Below, one piece after another: positions 20,690 to 31,739 of a stretch of 64,000 nucleotides of DNA. The DNA comes from an uncultured Verrucomicrobiae bacterium (lineage in GTDB: Bacteria > Verrucomicrobiota > Verrucomicrobiia > Chthoniobacterales > JAFAMB01). The first letter of the stretch is position 1, and every line of letters begins with the position of its first letter. The translations under genes were made by a program, and so were the position numbers. The stretch is taken from assembly GCA_963782115.1 (NCBI GenBank), contig CAWAIK010000003.1, forward strand, positions 128,001 to 192,000, read 5' to 3'. The notes under the pieces were generated by a model, which was not told where the DNA came from, did no database searches, and saw nothing but the letters and a program-made list of their open reading frames with translations.

Positions 20690-21867
20690 CGGCACCTAGC
20701 TGCCTGAGAATCGTATACACCACGTGCTTAGGCAGCCTGTCTGGATCGGATTCTTGAGCAAGCAGGTCCAGCGTGTGAGCTAAAGCCTCCAGTTGCCCAC
20801 GGGCTAGGTGTTCCGCTTTTTTACGCCCCTCGATCTCTAGCTGCAAAGCTCGGTTGATCTGGGCGAGCGCCGCGGTTCGCTCCGCGATGCGTTGTTCAAG
20901 TTCGAGGTTGAGGCGAATTGACGCTTCTTCCGCACGTTTGCGCTCGGTAATATCCATGAACGTCCCGATGAAACGAATCGCTCTTCCCTCGGAATCGAAA
21001 AACGCCTGGCCTCTGGCAGTGACCCAATGTTCCGAACCGTCACCTGGGTGGATGGTTCGGTATTCAGCGCGATATTCCCCTCCGTTCATCCCTTCGAGAG
21101 CTTGCATAACCAATTGGTTTACTCGCTGTCTATCCTCCTGATGCACACACTTTATTATAGAAACATGTCGTGCGTGACCTCTGCATCGAGCGGCAGGCCA
21201 AAGATCTCTTTCAGTCGGTTGACCAATCCCCGGAATTCGTTACGTCCGTCGAGTTCCAGACCCACAGACCGATTCTGCCCGTTTCAATAGCGAGCCTGAG
21301 ACGCTGCTCACTGTCGAGGAGGGATTGGTTAACCTGTCGCAAATGAGTCGCCTGCTCAGAAAGTTCGACGTTGAGCCGACGTAGTTCCTCTTCAATTGAT
21401 TGTCGCTCATTGAGATCGCGCAGCCGTTCTTCAAGCTGTTTTTGTTCCGTTAGGTCGCGACACGAGGCGACGAGGAGATCGCCCCCCGGACATCCAAATC
21501 GCGCTAGTCGCAAATCCATGATCCCGTTTTCACCCGTTCCTCGTCGATAAGCGCGTTGCACTGTAACCGCAGTCCCTCGCTTGGTGCTGCGAATCAGCTC
21601 GAGCATATCCTCGCCGAACACGTTTGTCACGAAACCGCAAGGCCGCGTCCCGAGCGGCTCGTCGCTTGAATGCCCCAGCATCGAGCAGGCAGCGGGATTA
21701 GCGTCGATGATTCGTCCATCAGGCTCAATGACAAAGATGGCGTCCGTAAGATGAGCGAAGATCAATTCCAAAAACTCGCCACGGCTCCCAGACCCGCCAA
21801 CTTCCCTTTGTAGATTCCTTCCGTCTTTTGATTGGCAGGAATCATGGGCTTTCAGGTCACTGTCCAT
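20690..21867 (-). pseudogene. PAS-domain sensor kinase N-terminal part, frameshifted and truncated
   Basis: PAS (DAIFVIEPDGRIIDANPAAC), SEQRLRLAIETGRIGLWVW, frameshift and stops near 21150-21215, PAC (EYRTIHPGDGSEHWV), ends at RQLGAA with no kinase core. Confidence 0.75.
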
Positions 21868-22031
21868 ACGCCAGTGGCACCACGGTCATTGAAGTTTTCA
21901 TCAATGTCTAACCGTCATTGCGAACTCTACCGGTTTTTCTCGATCGAAGATCAAGGCGCGCATTACTTTCATATTGGGACATTCCAGAGTTTCTTACCGG
22001 CGGTAAAACTGTTCACAGTTTGGGAGGCTAA

Positions 22032-22490
22032 CTAAGCGCTTTGGCCTCCAGAGAGGTAATCATCTGGTGGAGATACATCCGCGTCGTTGTCAATTGTTGC
22101 CTCAACTAATGCCGGTCGGTCAGCGATTCGCCAGGCTGCCTCAAGAACAGGACGCACTTCCTCTGGACGTGCAAAGCAAAACCGGCACCTCGGCACGCTT
22201 CGGCAAAACGGCGCAGTCAATCGGCTGGGAGCTCGGTTTCGAACGGTGGAATTCCTAATGCCTGATCCTCACTGATGATTCGTGAGTAGTGATTGTTCTT
22301 TAACGCAACCACCTTAATCGGAAGTTTGTATTTCGCCGCTGTGGCAAACTCGCCCATCAACATAGTGAAGCCGCCGTCACCCACAAAGGCGACGCACTGC
22401 CGATCTGGATAAGCGAAACTGCGCCGCAATGACAAAAGGGAGTCCGCACGCCATGGTGCAGAGATTTCCGCCGACGGCTAGTGCTAGTTT
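22032..22490 (-). pseudogene. Thiamine-PP enzyme (pyruvate oxidase-like) C-terminal shard
   Basis: TMACGLP...AYPDRQCVAFVGDGGFTMLMGEFATAAKYKLPIKVVALKNN (GDG-x-NN TPP motif), with frameshifts. Confidence 0.75.
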
Positions 22491-22547
22491 TCTGTGCAAC
22501 ATTTTGCGGGACAAAGGCCAGCCCCCGAGAGTATGCTCCCTCACGCG

Positions 22548-23075
22548 ATGCGTAAAATCGTATCAAAGCAAGGATGGAACTGCGCAATGGCGATAATCCT
22601 GTGGGCGGGCGGCCTTCAGCTCGGTTTGTACGCCCAGCAGGTGGCCAAGCTGAGTCCTAAGGTGATGGCGCTAGTGAACGCGCCGCCGATGGACTTAAAA
22701 GACGATGACGCTCCCCTACTTCGGCTGAAGAAGGAGCGATTCAATGCGGCGTTGAACGAAGCAAAGGCTCGCTTCGACCTTTACAATCGCGGTTTGACGC
22801 GCATACCCGAACTGATCGCGGTGGGAGAAAGGCTGTTTGGGGCAGAAGTAGACCTCTACGACAAACCGGAAGAGAAAGCCCAAGTTCTGCAGCGACAATT
22901 GGACGTCTATAATGAGGCCGAAGCAAATCTCGAGATGCAGGTGAGGCGGGGACTGGCGACGCAAGCTGATCTCGAGCGATTGCGCTACAACAAACTGTCG
23001 GTTGAGATCGATCTTTTTAACAATAAAAACGTCGACGATAAGCACGGATCCGCAGCGCAACCCACCCCAAAGTGA
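22548..23075 (+). CDS. Hypothetical exported all-helical protein with TolC-like coiled-coil pattern
   Basis: Signal-like N-terminus; repeated 'YxxG...eL' pattern (DLYNRGLTRIPEL, QVRRGLATQADL). Confidence 0.6.
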   Translation: MRKIVSKQGWNCAMAIILWAGGLQLGLYAQQVAKLSPKVMALVNAPPMDLKDDDAPLLRLKKERFNAALNEAKARFDLYNRGLTRIPELIAVGERLFGAEVDLYDKPEEKAQVLQRQLDVYNEAEANLEMQVRRGLATQADLERLRYNKLSVEIDLFNNKNVDDKHGSAAQPTPK

Positions 23076-23269
23076 GCGCCTTTAAGAGCAGGTGAACCGC
23101 CGAAGAAAGTATCAAGGCGAGGATTGAGCCACGCAGTGGCCACAATCCTGTGACTCGATCGAACATGAAGCGAGTCATCTTAGTTACCCCCGCCGCTGTT
23201 CTGTTCACAAGCTGCGCCCAACTGGCAACCATTAGTTAGGAAGATAGTCGTACCCTGCCGCCTTATTTT

Positions 23270-23690
23270 GTAAAGCAGCCCAGATATACTGGCGGTGAAC
23301 CGGATCAAGGCCGGCGGTCGGTTCGTCAAGAAACAACACCAAAGGTTCCTGAATCAACGCACAAGAGACCGACAATAGTTGCCTGAAGCCATCCGACAAT
23401 CTACCGGCTTTCGTGTCCCGGTTCGCGGCCAGATCCAATTCCGAAAGAAGCTCCTCAATTCGTGCTTTTGACCGGTCTCTCGGAATGCGGTATGCGCAAC
23501 CAAAAAAAGAAGGTTCTCCAGCATCGTCAGATCGGCATATAGGCTGAATCGCTACGGCACGTAACCGAATAGCGGTCGCAGCCGATACCGGTCGCTCCAG
23601 ATGTCCGGCCCACGAATCGTTCCGTGTCCGCGCGTCGAACGCGTCAAACCGCAAAGCATCCGAATGGTAATGGTTTTCCATCGGACAATG
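23270..23690 (-). pseudogene. ABC transporter ATP-binding protein remnant
   Basis: GKTITIRMLCGL...FGYVP*RFSLYADLTMLENL, frameshift, LSDGFRQLLSVSCALIQEPLVLFLDEPTAGLDP. Confidence 0.75.
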
Positions 23691-23770
23691 CAGATTGGAA
23701 AATCGGTTGTGGTGATATGGTCTGGGCGTCGCTGGTATCCACTCCATCGGCGTTGATCATCTTTGGCTGA

Positions 23771-25246
23771 TCAGAAGAGGCTGTCCGGCGGATGCGATTT
23801 CAACTCGCTCAACAACTCTTCCAGGGGCACGATCGCGAAGCTCGTGCACTGGTCGTTCATCGCGTAAGGCAGAATCAGCCGGCCGGCGTGAACCAGCGCT
23901 CCGCAGCTATATACGACGTTCGGCACGTAACCATCACGCTCCTCCGGAATTGGCTCGAGCAATGGCTCAGGTAGCCTGCCAATGACACGGCCGGGATCAT
24001 TGAGGTCCAACAGGACGGCACCGATTGCGTAACGCCGTATCGACCCAACGCCGTGCGTGAGTACCAGCCAGCCGGCGTCGGTCTCGATCGGCGAGCCGCA
24101 ATTGCCTAGCTGCACAAACTCCCAAGGAAAAGTCGGCCGCAGCAGCAGTTGCTTATCATACCAGAAGTGCAACATGTCCGAATACATCAGGTAAAGGTTC
24201 TCGTTATCCTGTCGCGAGAGCATCGCATAGTGGCCGCGCACCTTTCGCGGGAAGAGCGCCATCCCCTTGTTTTGCACTTCCGGCCCGTTGAGCGTGCTAA
24301 TTTTGAAGCGCGCGAAATCCTCCGTTTCAAGCAACTGGGGCAATGGGACTTGCCCGTCGAAGGCGGTGTAGGTGGCGTAGTATGTCGATCGACCCGCTTC
24401 GTCATGAAACCTCACAAAACGAGCGTCTTCGATCCCGCGGGCCTCTGCGGGTGCAAAAGGAAAGATCACGCGTTCTGAGTACCGCTCCGATGGCTCAAAG
24501 CTGATCTGGTAGTTCGCCCGCGCCACCGCTAGTAAATTCTCAGCAGTGCGTCGTACGCTGCCATCGAGCAGCCGAATAGCCCGCGATCCCTCATCAGCGA
24601 CCGCACTGAGCTGCTCGAAAGTAAATTGCTCGCCGAGCTGATCCATCAGGTGCTGCGCATCCGGGGACAGCACGCCGAGTTCGCGGAGCTTTCGCTCAAA
24701 GAGCGGCTTTTCGTAACTCGGATTCGGGTGCACCTCTGCCGCGGTGATGAAACGGGTCGGCGGATTGATCGAGATTTGACCGTTCTCATCGACCACTCCC
24801 GTGCGGAACACGATCGATGACACATGCCCCTCACCGGTCGCACGTAGACTCAGCACAAATCGCAACGTGCCCGACGAAAGTCCCGATTGATCCGGATGCG
24901 GTACGATCGAGGGGTTGAAAAGCGCCGCTGCCTCGAGCGAATATTCAAGTGTAAAGTAAGCGCCGATCAGCAGCTTCTGCCAATCGTTGAGCGGTCGATC
25001 AGTGATGAGGTGGTCACGCACCTCCTCGAATCGCCTGAGAAGGAAGCCCTCAAGCTTGACGTGCCGCTCTATGAAGTGGTCGAGCATGATCCTGGCCTCT
25101 TGCTCCGCTTCACTGCGCTCCAACGCCGTAATTCGCGCGACGATCCGCGTAATGCGCTCCTGGCTCATTAAATCAAATGGCCGGAAGAAAACACGCGAGG
25201 GATCGGGTCGGAGAACGATATTGGTCCGGGACGCACGGATAGACAT
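23771..25246 (-). CDS. Glycoside hydrolase family 130 protein (predicted glycosidase/phosphorylase)
   Basis: AALFNPSIVPHPDQ, SLRATGEGHVSSI, GIEDARFV, YYATYTA, NKGMALFPRK, GNCGSP, ERDGYVPNVVYSCG. Confidence 0.88.
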   Translation of the reverse strand: MSIRASRTNIVLRPDPSRVFFRPFDLMSQERITRIVARITALERSEAEQEARIMLDHFIERHVKLEGFLLRRFEEVRDHLITDRPLNDWQKLLIGAYFTLEYSLEAAALFNPSIVPHPDQSGLSSGTLRFVLSLRATGEGHVSSIVFRTGVVDENGQISINPPTRFITAAEVHPNPSYEKPLFERKLRELGVLSPDAQHLMDQLGEQFTFEQLSAVADEGSRAIRLLDGSVRRTAENLLAVARANYQISFEPSERYSERVIFPFAPAEARGIEDARFVRFHDEAGRSTYYATYTAFDGQVPLPQLLETEDFARFKISTLNGPEVQNKGMALFPRKVRGHYAMLSRQDNENLYLMYSDMLHFWYDKQLLLRPTFPWEFVQLGNCGSPIETDAGWLVLTHGVGSIRRYAIGAVLLDLNDPGRVIGRLPEPLLEPIPEERDGYVPNVVYSCGALVHAGRLILPYAMNDQCTSFAIVPLEELLSELKSHPPDSLF

Positions 25247-25310
25247 AGCTGCAAAACTCAGCGAAAAATACACTCTGGCGGTTGTTTTCAAACAGCTATC
25301 TCATCGAAGG

Positions 25311-25944
25311 ATGAACCCCGAAGCCAGAACTCCCAGCAAGTTACCTTTTAGCACTTCTCCGCGATCTGCGATTTCATCCTGGATCCTCACAGGCATTGCC
25401 CTGTTTCTGGTGCTTAAGCTGCATTTACTCTCTGCTTTAATGGCCGGTCTTCTGATCTACGAGCTCCTTCGTCTCCTGACTCCTCTGGTGGAAAAACGGC
25501 TGACCAGCAAAGGCGCTCGTCTGGTTGCTTTGGCCACGCTATCGGTCCTCACAATCACTCTTCTGATTTTGCTGACCATCGGAATATTTGCTTTCTTCAA
25601 GAGTGATACAGGAAATCGACAGGCGCTGGTTGATAAAACAAACCATATCCTCACGGACGCGCGCACCAAGCTGCCGCTCTGGATTGTTTACCCTCATCTG
25701 CATCGTGGGCCTCTCGGTTTCCATCTACGTTGCGATCGCAGCCCTGATCTTTTTGGTGGTGATTCACAAGCTGGAATATTTTCTCAACGCAGAAATAATC
25801 GGCGCGCGAATTCGATCCCGCGCATGGGAACTCTTGCTCGCTATGATTCTCCTGGAAGCGGCCTTCGGTACAGCCGGGCTCATTGCTGCGCCACTCTACT
25901 ACGCCTACATCAAGAACGAGTTTTCGGATGCAGGTCTGATTTAA
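25311..25944 (+). pseudogene. AI-2E family transporter with large internal deletion and frameshift at ~25690
   Basis: N-terminus (LKLHLLSALMAGLLIYEL...LPLWIV) is joined out of frame to the C-terminus (IHKLEYFLNAEIIGARI...AWELLLAMILLEAAFG...AAPLYYAYIK). Confidence 0.78.
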
Positions 25945-26031
25945 AACCTGATATACCATTTTAAGCATCTTATGATAAACGATTTACATAAATTGCACGG
26001 CCTATTTTTCGTGAACAATGGCAGCGCTGCC

Positions 26032-27180
26032 TTATTGGGCTTGAGCGCGACCGCCAGGCGGCTTCGGCCCAAGGTTAATACCGCAGGAATCACGAACAAC
26101 CAGATTACAGTCTAGCAGGATGTCTCGAATGGGCATATCGGGAGCGGCTACACGTTCAAGCATTGCGGCGACAGCAGCCACCCCAATCTCCTTGCACGGT
26201 TGGTGAACAGTCGTCAGTGGCACGGGCAGGAGACTTGCGTACTCGACATCGTCAATCCCGACAATTCGGACATCCTCCGGAATCCGACAATTCATCTGGA
26301 TCAGTCCCTGCATCAAGTGGCCGGCAGTGCGGTCGTTCGCGCAAACAATCGCTTCCGGCTTTAGCTTTTCCATGACCATTCGGACTTCGCTAACCTGATC
26401 ACTATCGAGGTTCCGAACCAAGTCGCGCGAAACCGAGATGTCCGCGGTGAACAACGCATCTCGATAACCCCCGATCCTCGCTGTCACGGTGGATGCGGAA
26501 TTGGCATAGGCAACAAAGGCAATACGCCGGCAGCCCAACGTGAGAAGGTGTTCCGTGGCGATGTACCCAGCCCGCCGGTGATCGATTCCAATCAAGTCGT
26601 GCCTGCTGCGCCTTGGGTACGGCAAAACGCAGCGATCCAGTAGCACGACCGGAATGCCGGCTCGTTCGAGAGCCGAAATGACCAGATGGTTGGTTTGCTC
26701 ACTCGCGGCAGTCCGCTCTAATGGCGCAAAGAATACTCCAGCGACCTTTTTTGCGATGTATTGTTGGCAAAGTTGCCAGGTCTGCTCGTCCTTTATTTCT
26801 GGACCGGGAGCAATATTGCCCCAGAGAAGCGCATTTTTGCGCGCCTGCGGCGCCTGTGACATTCCCTGGCAAATGGGTCCGAAAATCTCGGTATCCTCCA
26901 GGTTCGGAATCAGCAAACCGAACAATAACCCCTCGTCCCCGGAAGCAGCGGGCACCACATAGCTTCCCGATCCCGCCCGGCTTTGAATCAGCCCCGCCTG
27001 GCGCAATTCGCGAAGCGACCGACCTACTGTGATCCTCGATGCCCCGAACCGTTTTACCAGAGCCGCTTCACTCGGCAACTTCTGACCCGGTTGGTATCGA
27101 CCGGAAAGAATTTCGTTCTTAATGGCTTCGACGATCTGCTGATACTTGGGAAGTTGTACAGTGGCTTTTGAAAAGGGCAT
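26032..27180 (-). CDS. GntR HTH + LacI/periplasmic-binding-domain regulator (AraR-like)
   Basis: KYQQIVEAIKNEILSGRYQPGQKLPSE...ASRITV...GSGSYV; C-terminal CANDRTA, IPEDVRIVGIDD, LTTVHQP. Confidence 0.9.
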   Translation of the reverse strand: MPFSKATVQLPKYQQIVEAIKNEILSGRYQPGQKLPSEAALVKRFGASRITVGRSLRELRQAGLIQSRAGSGSYVVPAASGDEGLLFGLLIPNLEDTEIFGPICQGMSQAPQARKNALLWGNIAPGPEIKDEQTWQLCQQYIAKKVAGVFFAPLERTAASEQTNHLVISALERAGIPVVLLDRCVLPYPRRSRHDLIGIDHRRAGYIATEHLLTLGCRRIAFVAYANSASTVTARIGGYRDALFTADISVSRDLVRNLDSDQVSEVRMVMEKLKPEAIVCANDRTAGHLMQGLIQMNCRIPEDVRIVGIDDVEYASLLPVPLTTVHQPCKEIGVAAVAAMLERVAAPDMPIRDILLDCNLVVRDSCGINLGPKPPGGRAQAQ

Positions 27181-27464
27181 ATAGAACCTGATATAATATG
27201 TTAATTGCCTTAAGATTAGGACCTTATACAAGTATTATCACGTCCCTTTTTCGACATGTCTTAAAATCCCTGGGGCTTGCTTTATTATTTGAGAAAAAGT
27301 GGAGGGTTTTCCGGGCGATGTACAGGCCCAATCCTGGGAATGCCTGGACGGTCTCCCGTGAAGGCATATGAATAAAATGGTGGCGACGGTTTCTACGAAT
27401 ATGACGGGATTGTAACTTTTAATTAGCCAGCGGCAGGATGATGGTCGCTTCGCTGGAGAACTCT

Positions 27465-27779
27465 ATGGATTACGAAAATGTCGATTCCCGTAGAACGGAT
27501 TTGCACCGAAGGATCGCCTTGGTTCTCAGGAAAGAACCAGGATTGATCCGCGACTTCGCTGAGCGACTGCGATCCAAAATGGCCACAGCAAGGTCCGCCT
27601 CTCCTGCCAACGACACTGAATGGGAGTGGTATATCATCCTTACTTTGTGGTCTCCTCTGCAAGTGATCAGACTACTCGAAGACTCTAGTGAACGAGCGGT
27701 TCGACTTCGCGAGAATTCTCCATTTATCTCTTTGTTATCGACACCCAGGCACCGTGGAACAGCGCCAGAGTACGATTAA
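27465..27779 (+). CDS. Hypothetical protein
   Basis: ATG with GGAGAA SD; pattern LHRRIA..LRKEP...EW..IL....LL...SERAVRLRENSPF. Confidence 0.6.
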   Translation: MDYENVDSRRTDLHRRIALVLRKEPGLIRDFAERLRSKMATARSASPANDTEWEWYIILTLWSPLQVIRLLEDSSERAVRLRENSPFISLLSTPRHRGTAPEYD

Positions 27780-28007
27780 GTCTAGCTCTAGCCTGGGAAA
27801 ACTGCGTCCGGCTCGTGAGCCTGATCTTCTGCTCCCCTCCCGGACCAGTTCACGAGCCGACGCTGCCAATGCGCACGGCCACTTCGGCGCTCGCCCGCTA
27901 CAAATCCGGCCCAGCGCCAAGATGGTGAAAAAGCCCTGCAAGTGCGCTCGTCAACTCGGGTGCGTATAACCTGAGCAACGACGGGCGCACCGGTGCACCG
28001 TGAAGAC

Positions 28008-28253
28008 TTAGCCGACGAGTCGCACAAGAAAGACGACGACAATCGCACCTACGATTGACATCAGAAATCCGGCAGGATGAAATTTGGAACCCTCCGGCGG
28101 ACGGGAGAACAGTCGCGCAATTAGCCCCCCGACGACCGAACCCACGATGCCCAGCAACGTGGTTAAGACGAAGCCCAGATGAGTGTGCATGATCGCACTC
28201 GCCAGCAACCCCACAATAAACCCGACGATAATAGACCAAACGATATGTAGCAT
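28008..28253 (-). CDS. GlsB/YeaQ/YmgE (transglycosylase-associated) small membrane protein
   Basis: 81 aa: IIVGFIVGLLA...TLLGIVGSVVGG...GFLMSIVGAIVV. Confidence 0.85.
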   Translation of the reverse strand: MLHIVWSIIVGFIVGLLASAIMHTHLGFVLTTLLGIVGSVVGGLIARLFSRPPEGSKFHPAGFLMSIVGAIVVVFLVRLVG

Positions 28254-28452
28254 ACGAATAGTGGTGAGACCCCTAAGTTCGCACCGAACACCAAACGCGG
28301 TCTTTACCATCCGTAACAAAAGACAGATGCCGGCCAAAAGCTCAAACCCTTCGTTGAACGACCCTTCCCCCCACTTCAGCTTCTCTTTGACCAGCCAAAT
28401 CAACGAGAAAGTTTAGCTTTTAGTTTGGGTGGGAACGACGGAGAGGTAATTC

Positions 28453-29602
28453 ATGCAAGTGGAACTGAATTACGGCCGCCGCAAGCTGCCCTTGGCACTG
28501 CCGAACGATCTCCACGTCACCATGGTGCGCAAGCCACCGATGCCAGTGTTACCCGATCCGCTGGCGGCCGTTAGAAGAGCCCTCCAGGAACCCGTCGGCA
28601 CTGCCTCTCTCGACCAGTTGGCAAAAGCCGCCCGCAGCGCAACCATCGCCATCTGCGACATCACGCGCCCGGTTCCGAACCACTTGTTCCTGCGTCCGCT
28701 CATCGAAATTTTGATCCAGGCCGGGATCCGGGCTACGGCCATTCGCATCCTCGTGGCGACCGGCTTGCACCGGCCCAACCTGGGAGCCGAATTGGATGAA
28801 CTGATCGGGGACGCCTGGGTGCTGCGCACCGTACCGGTCGAAAACCATTACGCCACCAGGGATGAGGACCACGTCCTGCTGTGCACCACCCCAACCCGCG
28901 GGACAGTTGTCCGGCTCGATAAGCGTTTCATCGAGGCCGACCTGAAGATTGTCACGGGTCTGGTTGAACCCCATTTTATGGCCGGAGATTGTGCGCATGC
29001 TTGGGGGCGTGCTGGCCCTTAACACCGTCCTCGATGAGGCTCGCAATCTCTCATTCATCAACTTCGGTGAGATTGTTGCCGGCCATGCGGAGGCGGTCGC
29101 TTTCGTGCGCAACTACGCCGAGGTTTCCGTTAAACAGCGATTCAAGACCGTCGTAATCAGCGCGGCAGGCTACCCTTTGGACCGCACCTACTACCAAACC
29201 GTGAAGGGTATGGTAGGTCCGATCAACATTCTTGAACCGGGCGGCCGCCTGATCGTTGCTTCCGAGTGTTCGGAGGGTCTTGGCTCCGCAGCTTTCGTGG
29301 AGGCCCAACGCCGCCTGATTAATCTCGGATCCGCAGAATTTTTGCGCCGTATTCTGCTCAAATCGCACGCGGACATCGATGAATGGCAGACCCAGATGCA
29401 ACTTAAGCCGATGGCGGTCGGTACACTCCAATTGTTCAGCACCGGCCTGAGTCCGGCACAGCACGCCCTCACCGGCGTCGTCTCCATCGACTCAGTACGC
29501 TCCGCGGTGTGCGAGAGCGTCGCAGTGAGTGGCGATCCTGCCGTTGCCGTGATTCCTGAAGGGCCATACGTCATTCCCTTTTGCAGCGGAGAACCTAGGT
29601 AA
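28453..29602 (+). pseudogene. larA: LarA-family nickel-pincer racemase/epimerase with internal deletion and frameshift at ~28985
   Basis: ICDITRPVP, ATGLHRP, GLVEPHFMAG, then an out-of-frame jump to EIVRMLGG; the expected YSGGxK segment is missing. C-terminal SAAGYPLD, YQTVKG, DEWQ, VIPEGPY. Confidence 0.82.
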
Positions 29603-30001
29603 CGCACTCGCGATGTTCCCTTTGATCACCTCGCGATGCGTGAGAGTACCAGCACATTCCGAAAAACTCACCAATTACGGAAATAATGAATATTACTGGC
29701 AATTCTGTGATTAAGGTGGATGTTCGTGAGTTTGAGATTTTCTCATTTCCATGCCATTCCGCGAGGACTTTGCCCGGCTTATCCTGGTCGGGTTTATCTA
29801 GAACCGCGCACATTCGCAAATAGAAGGACGAGCCACTTTCTGAGCGGTCTCCCCTTCGGCTGGGAGCCGATGCTGTTTGGGGCGTTGGTCGTCAGTCTCG
29901 ACTCGCCGCGGACTGGAACCCAGGGGCCTAGCTGCTCCCCGGGGCGATCTTGCTGTCCTCAGTGCGGCAATGAGCAGTTACGATCTTAAGCGGAGTACTC
30001 A

Positions 30002-31715
30002 ATGGCAAGCACGAAAAACTGGACGATCGGAAAGCGACTGACCCTCGGATTTGCCGGGGTCATCCTGATAACGCTTTGCGTGAGCATTTACGCATTTACG
30101 AGGTTGGAGGCGATCCAAAGTCAGGCCACAGCGTTGGCAAATGATAGTCTTCCCGGTGTCGTTTTGATGGGACAGATCGCGGCTCTTGGCGAACGTGAGG
30201 TTGCGTTGGTCCTACAACACATTAAGGCTAACGATGATCAAGAGGTGCAGAAGTTGGACCTGGAGCTGCGAGAAAACCGCGAAAAGTTAAACGCCCTCTT
30301 CAAAGCCTATGATGCTACTGTCTTTGGCACGGAAGAAGCCGAGCGTTTTCAGAGACTGAACACTACCTATTTGGCCTACGCTACTCCCCTTGAGGATGTT
30401 CTGAAGCTGAGCCGAGCACAGAAAGACAAGGAAGCTTATGACCTCTATGATCAACAGCTCACCACTTGAGGAAGTTCTAAAGCTGAGCCGCGCACAGAAA
30501 GACAAAGAAGCCTACGACGTGTACGATCAACGGCTCCAACCGGTGTTCAGGAAGTTTTTGGAAGGTGTCAATGATGCCGTCTCTTACAGCAAAAAAGCTG
30601 CCGAAAGCTCTGTCAGGAAATTGAACTCTGCGGCGGCGGAGTCAAAAGTCGTTCTTATCGTCGGAATAATCCTCAGTCTCATTCTTGGGGTGCTGATCTG
30701 CTTTTCCGTCGTGCGAGCGATTAAGCAACCGCTGGCCAAAATGATCGATTTAATGTCCGATATCAGGGTGGGAAATTTTACACGTCGACTAGCGTTACGA
30801 CGCAAGGATGAATTTGGTGTGCTAGCGGATGGGTTCGATCGAATGAGCGACGAACTGACTAATCTGGTCGGCCGAGTTCAGCGCTCAGCTTTGCAAGTCG
30901 CGTCCTCGGTTACCGAAATTGCCGCCACTGCCAAAGAACATCAAGCCACCAGTGCAGAGACCGCGTCTGCCACCAGCGAGATTGGCGCAACTTCAAAGGA
31001 GATCGCGGCTATCTCCAAGGCGTTGCTCAAGACCATCAATGAAGTGACTGAAGTTGCGGAACAAACGGCTAATCTGGCAGGCACAGGTCAAAAGGGATTG
31101 GTTCGCATGGAAGCCACCATGCGGCAGGTGATGGAGGCGGGAGGGGCAGTAAACAATAAGCTCGGGGTCTTAAATGAGAAAGCAAGTAACATCAATCAAG
31201 TCGTAACAACCATCACCAAAGTCGCAGACCAAACGAATCTGCTCTCGCTCAATGCGGCCATCGAAGCGGAAAAAGCCGGCGAGCATGGCCGAGGATTCGC
31301 TGTTGTCGCTATTGAGATTCGGCGTCTTGCGGACCAAACTGCGATAGCCAGTTACGACATCGAACAGCTTGTTAAGGAGATGCAGTCGGCGGTTTCTGCC
31401 GGTGTAATGGGTATGGACAAATTCTCCGAAGAGGTACGTCGAGGGGTGCACGAAGTCGAACAGGTCAGCGAACAATTGGCGCAAATCATCGGACAAGTAC
31501 AGGCATTAACCCCGCAATTCGAAACCGTGAATGAAGGGATGCAATCGCAGTCTACCGGTGCACAACAGATTAGCGAAGCGCTGGCGCAATTGACTGAATC
31601 AGCGCAGCAAACCGTCGACTCGCTGCATCAATCAAGCATTGTGATGGATCAATTGAATTCGACCGCGAACGATCTGCGCGTAAGCGTCTCCAGGTTCGAG
31701 TTGAACGGAGCTTGA
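30002..31715 (+). pseudogene. wspA: Methyl-accepting chemotaxis protein (WspA-like), split by a 76-nt out-of-frame repeat junction
   Basis: ORF 30002-30469 holds TM1 and the 4HB sensor; ORF 30438-31715 holds TM2, HAMP and the signalling domain ([29 protein letters not shown]). Confidence 0.85.
30386..30536 (+). repeat. Diverged direct repeat (75-nt copies, 76-nt period) inside the MCP gene
   Basis: Copy 1 encodes [25 protein letters not shown], copy 2 [25 protein letters not shown]. Confidence 0.9.
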
Positions 31716-31739
31716 CCGCATAAGGCTTTTTCTTGTTGC

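Noticed and set aside
24987..25964. 325-aa ORF as an intact gene
   Set aside because: Its 5' part is antisense to GH130 and its 3' part is the wrong frame after the AI-2E deletion.
29600..30001. c-di-GMP or other riboswitch upstream of the Wsp operon
   Set aside because: GC-rich hairpins are present but I could not recognise any riboswitch consensus. A covariance-model search would be needed.
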